64,000 bases of DNA. Origin: an uncultured Verrucomicrobiae bacterium. GTDB lineage: Bacteria > Verrucomicrobiota > Verrucomicrobiia > Chthoniobacterales > Chthoniobacteraceae. Numbering within the stretch: position 1 is the stretch's first letter; the number at the start of each line of letters is the position of its first letter. The stretch lies in assembly GCA_963828525.1 (NCBI GenBank), contig CAWHEP010000004.1:128001-192000 (forward strand), in the 5' to 3' direction. The translations under genes and the position numbers were made by a program. Under the pieces are notes generated by a model. The model saw only the letters and a program-made list of their open reading frames with translations. It had not been told where the DNA came from and searched no databases. Below, one piece after another: positions 1 to 10,289 of the stretch.

Positions 1-2331
1 TTATTACATTGCAGCACCACGCCCACGATGTTTTTGCCAATGTCATGCACATCGCCTTTCACTGTGGCCATGATGATGCGGCCCTGCGGTTTGGCATCGC
101 TTTTCTTATCCGCTTCCATGAATGGCATCAGGTAGGCGACCGCTTTCTTCATGACGCGCGCGCTTTTCACCACCTGCGGTAGGAACATCTTTCCCGCGCC
201 AAACAGATCCCCGACTATGCTCATGCCCGCCATGAGCGGGCCCTTCTATGACATTTAAAGGCCGGGCAAACTTTCGCCGGGCTTCCTCGGTGTCGGCATC
301 GATGAAATCAACGATGCCCTTCACCAGGGCGTGGGAGAGACGGTCTTCGACAGAACCGTTGCGCCATTCCTCATCCTTTACCAGAGTCTTGCCCTTAGCC
401 TTCACTGTCTCGGCGAAGTCCACGAGGCGTTCCGTCGCGTCGGGACGCCTGTTCAGCAGCACGTCCTCCACGAGCGCAAGGAGATCCTTTGGAACTTCCT
501 CGTATACCGCGAGCTGTCCCGCGTTGACGATTCCCATATCGAGGCCAGCGCTTATGGCGTGGTAGAGAAACGCCGCGTGCATCGCCTCGCGCACCGTGTT
601 GTTTCCCCGGAACGAGAATGAAATGTTGCTTACTCCGCCGCTCACCCGGCAGTACGGAAGGTTTGCCTTGATCCATCGCGCCGCCTCGATGAACGCGACG
701 GCGTAGTTGTTATGCTCTTCGATGCCGGTCGCGACCGTGAGGATGTTTGGGTCGAAGATGATGTCGCTGCCGTGAAAGCCCGCTTTTTCCGTAAGCAGAC
801 GGTAGGCGCGCTCACAGATGGCGATCTTCCGTTCATAGGAGTCGGCCTGTCCTGTTTCATCGAACGCCATCACCACCGTCGCAGCGCCATAGCGCTTCAC
901 CAGACGGGCTTGCGCCAGAAACTTTTCCTCGCCTTCTTTCAGGCTTATCGAGTTTACGACGGCTTTACCCTGCGCGCATTTCAATCCCGCTTCGATCACC
1001 GTCCATTTCGAGCTGTCGATCATCAACGGAACGCGGCTGATATCGGGCTCGCTCGCGATGAGGTTGAGAAACCGGGTCATCGTCGCCTCGGAATCGATCA
1101 TCCCTTCGTCCATGTTCACGTCGATGATGTTTGCCCCTCCGGTGACCTGCTGCCGCGCCACCGCGAGCGCTGCCTCGAAATCCCCGGCCAGAATCAGTTT
1201 CGAAAACTTCGGCGATCCAGTGATGTTCGTGCGTTCCCCTATGAGCGTGAAATTGCTTTCGGGACGCAGAATTAGCGGTTCCAGGCCGCTGAGGCGGGTG
1301 AGGGGTTCGATCTTCGGCAGACTACGCGGAGCGCAACCCGCCACGGTTTCCGCGATGGCCTTGATGTGCGCCGGAGTGGTTCCGCAGCACCCGCCTACGA
1401 TATTCAGCCAGCCTGCTTCCGCCCATTCTCGCAACTGGGGCGCAAGCGTCTCCGGCGTCTCCGGGAATCCGGTTGCCGAAAGAGGATCAGGCAGCCCCGC
1501 GTTCGGGTAGCAACTCACGAAGACGGGCGCGATCCGCGAGAGCTCCTCGATATAGGGCCTCATTTCCCGAGGTCCCAAGGCGCAGTTTAACCCCACGCTC
1601 AGTAGCGGCGCGTGCGAGATTGAAATCCAGAACGCCTCCACCGTCTGCCCCGTAAGCGTCCGTCCGCTCAGGTCGGTGATTGTGCCCGACGCCATAACCG
1701 GGACCCGCTTTCCCGAATCCTCAAAATATTTGTCAATTGCGAAGAGAGCGGCTTTCAGATTCAGCGTATCGAACGTTGTCTCCGCGAGCAGCAAGTCCAC
1801 GCCTCCATCCATCAACCCGCGAACCTGTTCATAGTAGGCCGCCGTCACCTGATCGAATGTGACATCGCGCAGCGCCGGGTCATTCACGTCACGCGAGATG
1901 GAGAGCGTCTTGCTCATGGGGCCGATTGCGCCTGCTACAAAACGCTTCCGCGCCGGATTCGCCTTCATCACGGTGGAAACTGCCGCGCGCGCCACTCGAG
2001 CCGCCGCCACGTTCAGATCGTAAACGATGTGCTCCAGCCCGTAGTCAGCCAGGGAGATGGAGTTTGCGTTGAAAGTATTGGTCTCGATGATGTCCGCTCC
2101 CGCTTCCAGATAGCCCGTATGGATTTCCTCGATTACTTCGGGCCGCGTGAGGACAAGCAGATCATTGTTCCCCTTCAGGTCCCGCGGATGGGCGGCAAAC
2201 TGCGCGCCCCGATAATCCGCCTCTCCGAGCCTGTAGGTTTGGATCATCGTGCCCATCGCGCCATCCAAGATGAGAATCCTCTCGCGCAGGAGGAGTTCGA
2301 TGGGATGAGGAGATGTGGAGGCGGTGGGCAT
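1..2331 (-). CDS. metH: B12-dependent methionine synthase (runs off window start; +1 frameshift near 240)
   Basis: [36 protein letters not shown]. Removing one base at ~238-243 restores [36 protein letters not shown]...[15 protein letters not shown]. Likely ATG at 2331. Confidence 0.96.
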
Positions 2332-2424
2332 GCGTCGTAAGAAGGTTATACCGCGCAGGCCCTCATTCAACTCATTAATTAACGAATCATGATGCCCTGA
2401 TGCGTTGTATTATCCCTGTCCTCA

Positions 2425-3279
2425 CTATCGGCAACAGACATCTGCCCAAATTCCCGTGACAAGAACGAGCCCGATGAACGCGTTGCTTTGGAAGAACGCG
2501 CGGTTGATTGCGATCAAGTCCATCTGGCGCGCGCTGAAGTGTTCATACACCAGGGCGAGCAACACCACCGCCAATGAGGCATAATAAAAGACGCCCAACC
2601 CACTCACGACTCCAAAAGCAACGAGGAGCAGCCACGTGGCAACGTGAAACCGCTGCGCCCATGCAAGGCTGCGCGCGCTTCCAAGCCGCACCACCAGTGA
2701 GTTCAAGCCGCTCTGCCGGTCGAACTCCGCGTCCTGCAGCGCGTAAATCAGGTCGAATCCGGCGACCCAGAAAAGCACCGCGACCGCCAGAACCAGCGGT
2801 GGCAGATCAACACGCCCGCGTACCGCTAGCCACGCGCCGACCGGTGAAACGGAGAGCGCGAATCCCAGAAAAAGATGCGTAAAGGAGGTGAAGCGCTTCG
2901 TGAGCGAATAAAAAAAAACGATTGCCAGGGCGGGGGGTGAAAGCCAGAAACAGAGCCTGTTAATCCACCACGTCGTCACCAGGAACGCGATGGAGCTCAC
3001 GATCAGCAGCGCGTATGCGCCTGCTTTGGGGATCAGCAGATGGCGTCCCGCCGTGCGCGGGTTGCGCCGGTCGATCTCCCAATCCGCCACCCGATTGAAT
3101 GTCATCGCTGCCGTCCGCGCCCAAACCATCGCGGCGACGATAAGGAGGACAAGGCGCGGGGCTGGCCATCCCCTTGCGGCGACCAGCATCGAGCCGAGGG
3201 CGAACGGCAGGGCAAAAACAGTGTGAGAAAACCGGATGAACGCCAGGATGCGGCCAAGCAGCCCGATCTTCGGCACCAT
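2425..3279 (-). CDS. UbiA-family prenyltransferase (4-hydroxybenzoate polyprenyltransferase / MqnP-like)
   Basis: FSHTVFALPFA, AAMTFNRVADWEIDRRNPRT, FDLIYALQDAEFD; multiple TM segments. Confidence 0.88.
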   Translation of the reverse strand: MVPKIGLLGRILAFIRFSHTVFALPFALGSMLVAARGWPAPRLVLLIVAAMVWARTAAMTFNRVADWEIDRRNPRTAGRHLLIPKAGAYALLIVSSIAFLVTTWWINRLCFWLSPPALAIVFFYSLTKRFTSFTHLFLGFALSVSPVGAWLAVRGRVDLPPLVLAVAVLFWVAGFDLIYALQDAEFDRQSGLNSLVVRLGSARSLAWAQRFHVATWLLLVAFGVVSGLGVFYYASLAVVLLALVYEHFSARQMDLIAINRAFFQSNAFIGLVLVTGIWADVCCR

Positions 3280-3290
3280 ACGGCGCGGGA

Positions 3291-3767
3291 TCAGCGCGGC
3301 GCCGGAGAAGCCGCCGGAAGAGTGCGCTCGTCGAACATATCCACAAGACGGTCATCCACCCGGATGTCTATCAGACGCCAGGCGGCGCTGTCTTTGTAGA
3401 AGTAGAACCGCCAGCGCAGCGGGTAAGTACTGCCAAGTGAAAGCACAGTAGCTCGCAGCAAGTGCGGCCCCACGCGCTGCACACCAACCAGGTCCTTGCC
3501 GGTGACATCCCCGTAAAGTTTCAGAGCCTCACTCGTCTTCGCCTTGAGACCAGCGACTTCCTCCTCTTTCTTGCCAATCTCTGTGCCTTTGGTGAGCGCG
3601 TCATAGGCTTCATCGACTCGGTTCTTCTGTAACAGGTCGAAAAATCCGTCGATTTTCTCCATCACGAGCGAATCGATTTTCACCGGTGCCGGAGAAGGTT
3701 CCTGAGCCATCGCAGCGGTCGCGAAGATCAAGGATGCGGCAAAGCAGGGGATAAAACGTTTGATCAT
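3291..3767 (-). CDS. Secreted hypothetical protein
   Basis: Signal-peptide-like MIKRFIPCFAASLIFATAAMA from ATG 3767, which overlaps the upstream stop (ATGA). Confidence 0.7.
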   Translation of the reverse strand: MIKRFIPCFAASLIFATAAMAQEPSPAPVKIDSLVMEKIDGFFDLLQKNRVDEAYDALTKGTEIGKKEEEVAGLKAKTSEALKLYGDVTGKDLVGVQRVGPHLLRATVLSLGSTYPLRWRFYFYKDSAAWRLIDIRVDDRLVDMFDERTLPAASPAPR

Positions 3768-4366
3768 TGGAGGAGTTTTTGGAGCGCGGCGCGCGCATCG
3801 GACGTAATTGGCGTTCCGTGCGCGAATGTCATGATTTCGAACGGAAACTGCAATAGTTTTTGGAGGGAGACCCTCAACAGCTTCGGATTCTCGCAGTATT
3901 TTGCCGGCAGCATGCGCAAGCACTCGGGCGGGAGATTGATGAGCGCGTCTCCGACGCAGAGGATGCCTCCATGCTCCGGTGAATGGATCGCGACCTCGCC
4001 TGCGGCTGCGCCGGGAAGGCTGATGCAGCGCAGACTTCCCAGAAAAACCTCGCCATCCTCGATATGCTGAAAAATGGACGTGTCTTCTGAGGCGTCCCTG
4101 CTGGCCATGATCCGAACGCCGAGTTTCTTGGCGAAAGCCGCCGACGCGCGCTCGTGATTCGCATTTGTAAGGATGATGCCCCCTGGGTGCGCGTTGGCGA
4201 GCATCCGTGCCAGCGGCGCTTCGCCGAGCCGGATGGGATCGACAAACACCAGCTTGTCTTCCGCCCGCAAGCCTGTCGAGTGGAGGTCCACCTTTGATGC
4301 CGGATCATACGCGCTCCAGCAGACGAGGCCCTCGCGGATTTCGTCATAGTCCTCGGCCGGTCTCAT
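3764..4366 (-). CDS. Metallo-beta-lactamase-fold protein with degenerate metal motif
   Basis: VFVDP, ILTNANHER in place of HxHxDH, VGDAL, FAHG. Start re-placed at ATG 4366. Confidence 0.7.
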   Translation of the reverse strand: MRPAEDYDEIREGLVCWSAYDPASKVDLHSTGLRAEDKLVFVDPIRLGEAPLARMLANAHPGGIILTNANHERASAAFAKKLGVRIMASRDASEDTSIFQHIEDGEVFLGSLRCISLPGAAAGEVAIHSPEHGGILCVGDALINLPPECLRMLPAKYCENPKLLRVSLQKLLQFPFEIMTFAHGTPITSDARAALQKLLQ

Positions 4367-4466
4367 CCATAGACTTTTAACATAGGCGGCGCGCAAAGTC
4401 ACCGCGCGCGCCTTCCATTTTGGAGGGATTGCTCTCCCAATTGATTCCTTGTATAGTCGCATCCCT

Positions 4467-5685
4467 ATGGCCGGTCCTTCACTGAAACGGTTTAGTCCCC
4501 CGGGTCGGAGCTCCCGGTTTCCTTTCACCGCCATAGTCGGTCTTGAGCGGGCCAAACGGTCGCTGATATACCAGGCAGTCGATTCCCGCCTCGGAGGCAC
4601 GCTCCTTTTCGGTCGGGGCGGCTGCGCCAAGAGCACACTTGCAAGAATCCTTCGCCTCCCTCCTTCCGGCACCCGACGAAGCGCAGGAGGGCCGCTTCGT
4701 CGAAGTGCCTCTCGGCGCGACAGAAGACAGGCTGCTCGGTTCGGTCGATCCCACTGCCGTCATCGAGAATTCAAAGTGGAAGATGCGTCCCGGCCTCATT
4801 GAGGAAGCCAACGGCGGGATCCTCTACATCGATGAGATCAACCTTTTCCCCGATCATCTCGCTGATTTCATTCTCGACTCCGCCGCGACTGGCCAATACC
4901 GCATGGAGCGGGACGGATTTACGCGCATGGTCCGCAGCCAGTATGTCCTGATAGGTTCCATGAACCCGGAGGAAGGCGTCCTTCGTCCGCAGTTGATGGA
5001 TCGCTTCGCCCACGGAGTTCTCATTCGCGACGATTTCTCGGCCAGAGAGCGCATGGAGATCGTGAAGCTGCGCATGGATTTCGATGACGACCCGGGGCAA
5101 TTCTGCGACACATTCTTGGCTTCCGAGCGGGTTCTCCGCGAGCGCATCCGGAAGGCGCGGGCCACCGTTCGAGATGTGATCGTAAGCGACGAAGCGCGCA
5201 TGGGAATCGCAGAGCGCGCCCAACGTCTCGGGCTTCAGGGTCTGCGCGCGGAGCTCGCCGTCCTGAGAACCGCGAGATGCTCCGCCGCGTGGCACGAGAG
5301 AGAGGGGCTGGCTGATAGTGATTTGGAAGAAGCTTGGGAACTCTGTCTCGGCCATCGCCTGCGCCTCGACAGCGACAGTCCGCCGATGAACAGATCCGCG
5401 GCGGTCGGCACTAGTAACGAAAGATCAGCCCTCCCCGGCGCGGTTACGCGCTCTCGTGAGCCAGAGCCGCTCCACGTAGAGACGGCGCCAAAGGAAACTC
5501 CAGTCGATGACCCGGATTGGAACAGGGCGAGCGGTCGTCGTCGCGCGCGCGGCTCCGCCAGCCATTTGAGCGAAACCAGAACCGTAGCCGAGCCGATAGC
5601 ATGGCTCGCCTCCCTCCTGCTCTCCCTCCAGTGGGGCTGGAGACGCGGAATAGGGCACTGGCGCCTCCGCTACCTGCAACTCTGA
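4467..5685 (+). pseudogene. Mg/Co-chelatase ChlI/ChlD-like AAA+ ATPase (frameshift ~4646; ends before any vWA domain)
   Basis: FPFTAIVG, Walker A GRGGCAKST, VPLGATEDRLLGSVD, GILYIDEINL, GSMNPEEG-LRPQLMDRF. The two frames join by removing one A in gcaagaatcc. Confidence 0.8.
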
Positions 5686-5735
5686 GGAGGGATGCGCGCC
5701 CAGGCGCAAGTGTGCTCGATCAGGATTGCGTTCTA

Positions 5736-6929
5736 TCAAACGACGGATGAGGGCGCTGCCCGCGCCTCTAGCGAAAGTATGATGTAATCTCCGGGGAGCG
5801 TGCCTGGATCGAGTCGTAACCTCCCGATCATATCCTGAGCGTCAATAGAAATATACAGGATGTTGCCCAAAGGATTGATGACCCGTCTTGCGCTTTGTTC
5901 TTCCGTGTAATTTGGGACAGCGCTCGTCATGTAGAATAGCTGGAAGACCGTTGCCACGGGGCTGGCGATTTCGATTCGCAGCAGGATCTCGTTACAGCCG
6001 CAGAAATCGAAATCTGGCAGCATGATCTGCGGGTCGTCGTCAACAGCCCGGATGACGTATCCGCGCGACTCAAGCAAGATCCGTTTGGAATTGTCAAAAG
6101 CGGCGGCCCTCAGACGCGCCTTCTCCCGCATCGCTTCGTCCGCCTGCAGCACAGAAGAACGCGCGATTTTCGCCCACTGGGCGGGATCCGCCGAGATGCC
6201 GGTCCACGCCGATTGCTGTTCAGTTTCTCCTGTTGGCAACTGGAGCGCGGGCAGTCCCGCGTGAATTTCCGGGTGAGCCTCAAGGTTGGAAACAACGTTC
6301 GAATCCTTGCGCCAGTTCGCTCGGAAATGAAGGCAGGTGGGTGACGGAAGATAGCCCGCCCGTCCAGTTCCGGCGACGATCCGCGCCCACATCTCCCAGT
6401 CCCCGTGACGGGGGAGCGACTCATCCCAGAAGCCATACTTTCCAAAACAACTCCGCCGATGCATCACGCAACTCGCGGGTATCCCATTTTGTTGCATGAG
6501 CAGGAAAGCGTCCCGTTTGAACGGATCGGTGAGATCAAAATCGCCCGGCAGGATCGCGCCGCCCGGTTCTACCCAAAGCGGGCGGCTGTAAGCCCATTCC
6601 GTGTCGCTTTCTACCAGGCAGCGGGCAAGCAAAGTAAGATGATCGTGGAGCCAGATGTCGTCGTGCGCAAGAAACGCGACGTAGTCGCCTTTGGCCTTCC
6701 GCAGCACAAAGTTACGGTTCGCGTACCCGAAACCGGGGCCTTTCGGAAGATCAAACCATCGAATGCGCGGATCGATAAACTGCGCGATGATTTCTCCCGT
6801 ATCATCAGCGCAGCCGTCGCCGACAACGAGCAACTCCCAATCCTCTTCCGTTTGCGCGAGCACCGATCTTATAGCAAACGGCAGCACATCGGCGCGATTG
6901 CGCGTCGGAAGGAGGATGCTGAATCTCAC
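5736..6929 (-). CDS. Family 2 glycosyltransferase with C-terminal beta-sandwich-like domain
   Basis: FSILLPTRNR, VVGDGC, FLAHDDIW, GDWEMW; C-terminal RLRLDPG. Confidence 0.85.
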   Translation of the reverse strand: MRFSILLPTRNRADVLPFAIRSVLAQTEEDWELLVVGDGCADDTGEIIAQFIDPRIRWFDLPKGPGFGYANRNFVLRKAKGDYVAFLAHDDIWLHDHLTLLARCLVESDTEWAYSRPLWVEPGGAILPGDFDLTDPFKRDAFLLMQQNGIPASCVMHRRSCFGKYGFWDESLPRHGDWEMWARIVAGTGRAGYLPSPTCLHFRANWRKDSNVVSNLEAHPEIHAGLPALQLPTGETEQQSAWTGISADPAQWAKIARSSVLQADEAMREKARLRAAAFDNSKRILLESRGYVIRAVDDDPQIMLPDFDFCGCNEILLRIEIASPVATVFQLFYMTSAVPNYTEEQSARRVINPLGNILYISIDAQDMIGRLRLDPGTLPGDYIILSLEARAAPSSVV

Positions 6930-7468
6930 CAGCCGCGCGCGTTTTGAAACTTGTAAGGAATCTCTTCCGTATCAAGCGGCAGCCTGTATTTATCGGGACG
7001 CGAATGGTCGTAGGGCATCGTCGGGAAGTTGATCACTATGGCATCCTTGGAGCCGATGTTGTGATTGGCATGCCAGATGCCCGCGGGAATATTCATCAGC
7101 CGCCGGTGGTGCTCGGTCATCACTACTTTCGAGAGCAGGCTGTATGTCGGTGATGCAGCTCGCGCGTCATACATCACGATTTCGATATCACCGGAAAGGA
7201 TGAAGTAGCGATCTTCATGCTGCAGGTGCATACCCCAGCCCTTGACCATGCCGGGGCGCAAAGAAAAGGTATAAACGAACGTGAGTGGATCCTGATGCCA
7301 GCCCCATCTGGGATCGAACAATTCGCATACGCTTCCGCGATCATCCACATGAGTGGTCGCGTCGCGAAAAGTGACTCCGGCGGGCAGGACCTGAAGGTTC
7401 TGCCCTTCGGCTGTTACAGTTGCGGCGTCCTGAAATCCGGCGAGGCTGACATTTGGGTGTTCTGCCAT
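6926..7468 (-). CDS. dTDP-4-dehydrorhamnose 3,5-epimerase family (RmlC-like cupin)
   Basis: HVDDRGSVCE, PGMVKGWGMHLQHED, IPAGIWH. ATG 7468; stop overlaps the GT2 start. Confidence 0.82.
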   Translation of the reverse strand: MAEHPNVSLAGFQDAATVTAEGQNLQVLPAGVTFRDATTHVDDRGSVCELFDPRWGWHQDPLTFVYTFSLRPGMVKGWGMHLQHEDRYFILSGDIEIVMYDARAASPTYSLLSKVVMTEHHRRLMNIPAGIWHANHNIGSKDAIVINFPTMPYDHSRPDKYRLPLDTEEIPYKFQNARGW

Positions 7469-7530
7469 TGTGGGAAAAGTATAGAGTCGGCAACCTTTGG
7501 GAAGCCAGAACGGCCCTCTAAATTGATAAA

Positions 7531-8052
7531 TTACACAGGCGGCGCTTCGCCCCGGGCAGCAAACCATTCTCGAAGGAAATATAGGTCAGCGGCGTCTTTT
7601 TCACGGTGAGTGCGCGTCTTCATTTGCCACAGCAGCCGGGGAGACGCGAAAGGGATGTCCACGCCCTGAATTTTGCGAAGCACCACATCTCTCAAGGCGG
7701 TCTCGTATTCGATCCCGCCCGCAGCCTTCATCAAATCCACAGTGATCTCGTCCGCTACTCGGACGACTGTGTATTCCGCGACTTCTCCCGGCTGGAGCAA
7801 CAGGACAGCCTTGTCAGGCAAAGATTCCAGTGTCTTGAAGACTCTGGCTTCGTTTTCGAGTGACGCGTCTATGAGAATGTCAACGTCCGCCGTGAATCGC
7901 GGATATCCGGCGGTGATAATCGCAAATCCGCCGACCACAACGTATCGCGCGCTCCAATCGTTAAGCAGGCGACAAAGAGACACTACATCTTCGAGCGTTG
8001 GCGGACGGGACGTCAGCCCTTCGAGTTGCCCGTCCAAATCTTCATAAGCCAT
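7531..8052 (-). CDS. Nucleotidyltransferase-fold protein (AbiEii/DUF6036-like)
   Basis: YVVVGGFA...PRFTADVDIL, VDLM, C-terminal MKTRTHREKDAADL. Confidence 0.8.
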   Translation of the reverse strand: MAYEDLDGQLEGLTSRPPTLEDVVSLCRLLNDWSARYVVVGGFAIITAGYPRFTADVDILIDASLENEARVFKTLESLPDKAVLLLQPGEVAEYTVVRVADEITVDLMKAAGGIEYETALRDVVLRKIQGVDIPFASPRLLWQMKTRTHREKDAADLYFLREWFAARGEAPPV

Positions 8053-8228
8053 GCGTCGGCCTCCTCATGCGTCCTGAAGCGATATACACCGCGGGGGGGC
8101 ATCGGGAGCTTCAATGCCGCAATCAACTCCACGCCAAGGCTTTGAACGCCTGCGCCGAAGTCCTCTGCCGGTTTCCGCCGTCCCACTGTCTTGCCAGCGG
8201 GATCTTGCAAGTTTACGATGGATTTCAT
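8013..8228 (-). CDS. Small hypothetical protein overlapping the NTase gene (putative partner/antitoxin)
   Basis: 71 aa from ATG 8228, ends PRGVYRFRTHEEADAW...; the NTase ATG overlaps its Trp codon. Confidence 0.6.
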   Translation of the reverse strand: MKSIVNLQDPAGKTVGRRKPAEDFGAGVQSLGVELIAALKLPMPPRGVYRFRTHEEADAWLMKIWTGNSKG

Positions 8229-8387
8229 GAATGGAGTCCAGGCTACCGCCACGCCACCTTGTGACAAGTTACTCCGCCATAGGTGGAAAGGAACACCGTT
8301 TTTTTAAGCGGGTATGGTAATCTCCTTCTCGTGGCAAGTCTTTCAAGCACAACGCGCGGATTCACAATGGTTGTCCGAGCTGCGGAT

Positions 8388-8984
8388 ATGAGGCGGACCG
8401 CGTTGCTCATCGTGGTTCTCCTCTCGCTTCGAGGAGTGGCGTGGACGGACGACCTGCCTTTGCCGACGAAAGAGATCACGGAATCGCCTGGCGCTGACGG
8501 GTTGTCACTGTTCCCGGAAACGGCGACAAAGCCCGTACTGACTGAGGTGTATGTCCTGCGCCTCGCCGGGCAACTGGAGCGGATGAAGCGGAAGGCCTCC
8601 TACGCAAAATATCTGTACAGCGAAGGTGTACTAGCCAAGGCGGAACAGGAAGAGAACGAGGTCTCGGTGCTCCGCGCGGAACGCGACCTGGAGCGCGCGC
8701 GCCTTGATGCGGCTCGCAAGGAATTCGAAGCCCAGCGCCGCCGGGCGGCGCGGGATGACATCGGGAAGCCCGCCTTCGACGCAGCCATGACGAAATTGGC
8801 CTTTGCCTTTGCGGCGTCCAGAAAGGCCGCCGATGACTGCAGCCGCGCGGAGCTTGATCTTGCTGTCTTGAACCTGCGGCGGCAGCAAAAGCTTTACACC
8901 ACCGGAGCGGCCAGCAGGGGAGATCTAAGGCGGGCCGAAGCGAGGCTCGCAAACGCGCGGGGAGGAGGCGCTGGGGCAAAGTGA
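8388..8984 (+). CDS. Secreted alpha-helical protein with TolC/HlyD-like hairpin motifs
   Basis: Signal-like N-terminus; LYSEGVLAKAE and LYTTGAASRGD each followed by coiled coil. Confidence 0.6.
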   Translation: MRRTALLIVVLLSLRGVAWTDDLPLPTKEITESPGADGLSLFPETATKPVLTEVYVLRLAGQLERMKRKASYAKYLYSEGVLAKAEQEENEVSVLRAERDLERARLDAARKEFEAQRRRAARDDIGKPAFDAAMTKLAFAFAASRKAADDCSRAELDLAVLNLRRQQKLYTTGAASRGDLRRAEARLANARGGGAGAK

Positions 8985-9008
8985 GGGAGCACAGGAAGCG
9001 GGTGCGCT

Positions 9009-9368
9009 GTGGACGCGACCCAAGAGCCGCTCGCCGGTCTCGGTTCGGCATTCTACGGTCTGCAAATTCCGGAGCGGGGCGAAGAAGTGTTGCCGGAGAA
9101 AGAGGCGCCGTTGCCTGTCTGGAAGATGGGACGCGTACTGCTCCGTAGAGAGACCGCGCGCCGGGGCGGAAAGACGGTGATCGTAGTTTACGACTTTGCT
9201 ACTCACCTGCCGGCCTCAATCATTGAGGCTGTCGCCAGTAAACTGCGCGCTTCTTGCGGTTGCGGGGGCGCGGTGAAAGATCGCCAAATAGAGGTTCAGG
9301 GTGATCAGCCCGAAAAAATCCGCGCGCTCCTGGAAACCGAAGGTTTCCGGGTCGCTGGGTTGAAGTGA
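9009..9368 (+). CDS. SUI1/eIF1-like translation initiation factor (YciH family)
   Basis: RRETARRGGKTVIVV, LRASCGCGGAVKDRQIEVQGD. True start may be GTG 8981 with a one-base error. Confidence 0.88.
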   Translation: MDATQEPLAGLGSAFYGLQIPERGEEVLPEKEAPLPVWKMGRVLLRRETARRGGKTVIVVYDFATHLPASIIEAVASKLRASCGCGGAVKDRQIEVQGDQPEKIRALLETEGFRVAGLK

Positions 9369-10288
9369 CGATGGCGGCCCTTGTCGAGGTAGGGAATCTG
9401 TTCAAAAAATATGGCCCCGTCGAGGCCGTGCGGGGAGTGAGTTTCGAAATCGCCTCTGGCGAGATATTCGGGCTTCTGGGGCCGAATGGCGCAGGCAAGA
9501 CATCCACGCTTGAATGCGTGATAGGGCTGAGATCGCCCGACGGCGGCACGATCCGTCTCTGCGGGATTGATGCGCTTGCGCAACCACGCGAAGTGAAAGA
9601 GCGCATCGGGGTGGTGCTGCAATCCACGACGCTTCAGGACAAGATTACACCGCGCGAAGCGCTGCGGCTGTTCGGGGCATTTTACAAGAAGAAGGTCGAT
9701 CCCGTCGCTCTACTGACGCGGTTCGCGCTCAGGGACAAGGCAGATTCACCTTTTGAATCACTTTCGGGAGGGCAGAAACAGCGTCTTGCCCTCGCTTTGG
9801 CGTTCGTTAACGCGCCCGACGTGTTGTTTTTAGATGAGCCTACTGTCGGCCTCGACGCGCAGGCGCGCAGGGAGTTGCACGATTCCATCCTCGCGTCCAA
9901 AGAGGAGGGTCGCGCTGTTTTCCTGACGACACATAACATGGAAGAGGCTCAGCTCTTGTGCGACCGGCTGGCCGTCATAGATCACGGGATCATCATCGCC
10001 ATGGGAACACCCGATGAATTGATCGCTCAATCGCGAGCGATCCCGCGGATCGTCCTACGCAGCGCGCGTCCGGTAAATCTCAGCGAAGTGCTGAAGCTAA
10101 AAACCATATCGGATTCGGTCGCCTCTGGAGTGACGACAGAGATCAAGACGGAGGCTGTGGGTCGGGCAATAGCGGAGCTGGCGCGTTACCTCGAAGCGGA
10201 AGGCAACGAGTTACTTGATCTCAAGGTGATGAAACCCTCGCTGGAGGACGTCTTTATCGAACTGACTGGAAGCAGCTTGCGAGACTGA
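9365..10288 (+). CDS. ABC-2 type exporter ATP-binding protein
   Basis: GPNGAGKTS, LSGGQKQR, LFLDEPT, TTHNMEEA, PSLEDVF. Confidence 0.93.
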   Translation: MTMAALVEVGNLFKKYGPVEAVRGVSFEIASGEIFGLLGPNGAGKTSTLECVIGLRSPDGGTIRLCGIDALAQPREVKERIGVVLQSTTLQDKITPREALRLFGAFYKKKVDPVALLTRFALRDKADSPFESLSGGQKQRLALALAFVNAPDVLFLDEPTVGLDAQARRELHDSILASKEEGRAVFLTTHNMEEAQLLCDRLAVIDHGIIIAMGTPDELIAQSRAIPRIVLRSARPVNLSEVLKLKTISDSVASGVTTEIKTEAVGRAIAELARYLEAEGNELLDLKVMKPSLEDVFIELTGSSLRD

Positions 10289-10289
10289 A

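Noticed and set aside
238..243. Programmed frameshifting in metH and other genes
   Set aside because: No slippery heptamer; the same one-base pattern recurs in unrelated genes.
2332..2424. Possible SAM or cobalamin riboswitch upstream of metH
   Set aside because: Only ~90 bp, AT-rich, no recognisable aptamer core.
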